Shown one piece after another: positions 5,475 through 5,527 of a stretch of 5,527 nucleotides of DNA. Source of the DNA: a virus; the UHGV virus genome UHGV-2011979; one strand, 5' to 3'. The notes beneath the pieces are model-generated. The model searched no databases. It saw only the letters and a list, made by a program, of their open reading frames with translations, and had not been told where the DNA came from. A program made the position numbers and the translations under genes. Numbering within the stretch: position 1 is the first letter of the stretch; each line of letters starts with the position of its first letter.

Positions 5475-5527
5475 ATTTTTTGATTGTTTGCCAATATTTT
5501 ACTGCGTTGACATATTCTCTGTATTGT

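Noticed and set aside
1-5527. tRNA, rRNA, CRISPR array, IS element or integrase.
   Set aside because: No repeat-spacer periodicity, no cloverleaf-like conserved tRNA boxes, no transposase or integrase-sized ORF. The whole window is accounted for by the phage structural and replication module.

Overview
The window reads as a near-complete Microviridae genome of the Gokushovirinae/Alpavirinae type, a small circular ssDNA phage. All eight supportable genes lie on the minus strand and are tightly packed, with spacers of 1 to 41 nt and one ATGA start/stop overlap. Reading the minus strand from 5527 down to 1: a 62-aa and an overlapping 118-aa hypothetical ORF; a 56-aa single-pass membrane protein missing from the supplied ORF track; a 101-aa hypothetical; a 681-aa major capsid protein (VP1/F-like, assigned from size and synteny); a 107-aa basic/acidic small protein; a 402-aa glycine-rich, coiled-coil DNA-pilot/minor capsid protein (VP2/H-like); and the 5'-complete, 3'-truncated rolling-circle replication initiator (VP4/A-like), which carries textbook HUH-endonuclease motifs. 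None of the eight start codons has a Shine-Dalgarno sequence (A-rich leaders instead). With the large VP1 and the VP1-VP2-VP4 order, this suggests an Alpavirinae-like phage of a Bacteroidetes host. The one sizeable intergenic region (2033..2186) holds a strong GC-rich hairpin and an AT-rich imperfect palindrome. No tRNA, rRNA, CRISPR or IS element is evident, and the plus-strand ORFs in the track look like antisense artefacts of a T-rich non-coding strand. The most interesting unexplained pieces are the small accessory genes upstream of VP1, especially the unannotated membrane protein as a lysis candidate, the out-of-frame 62/118-aa gene pair, and the possibility that the window is the whole circular genome cut inside the Rep gene.
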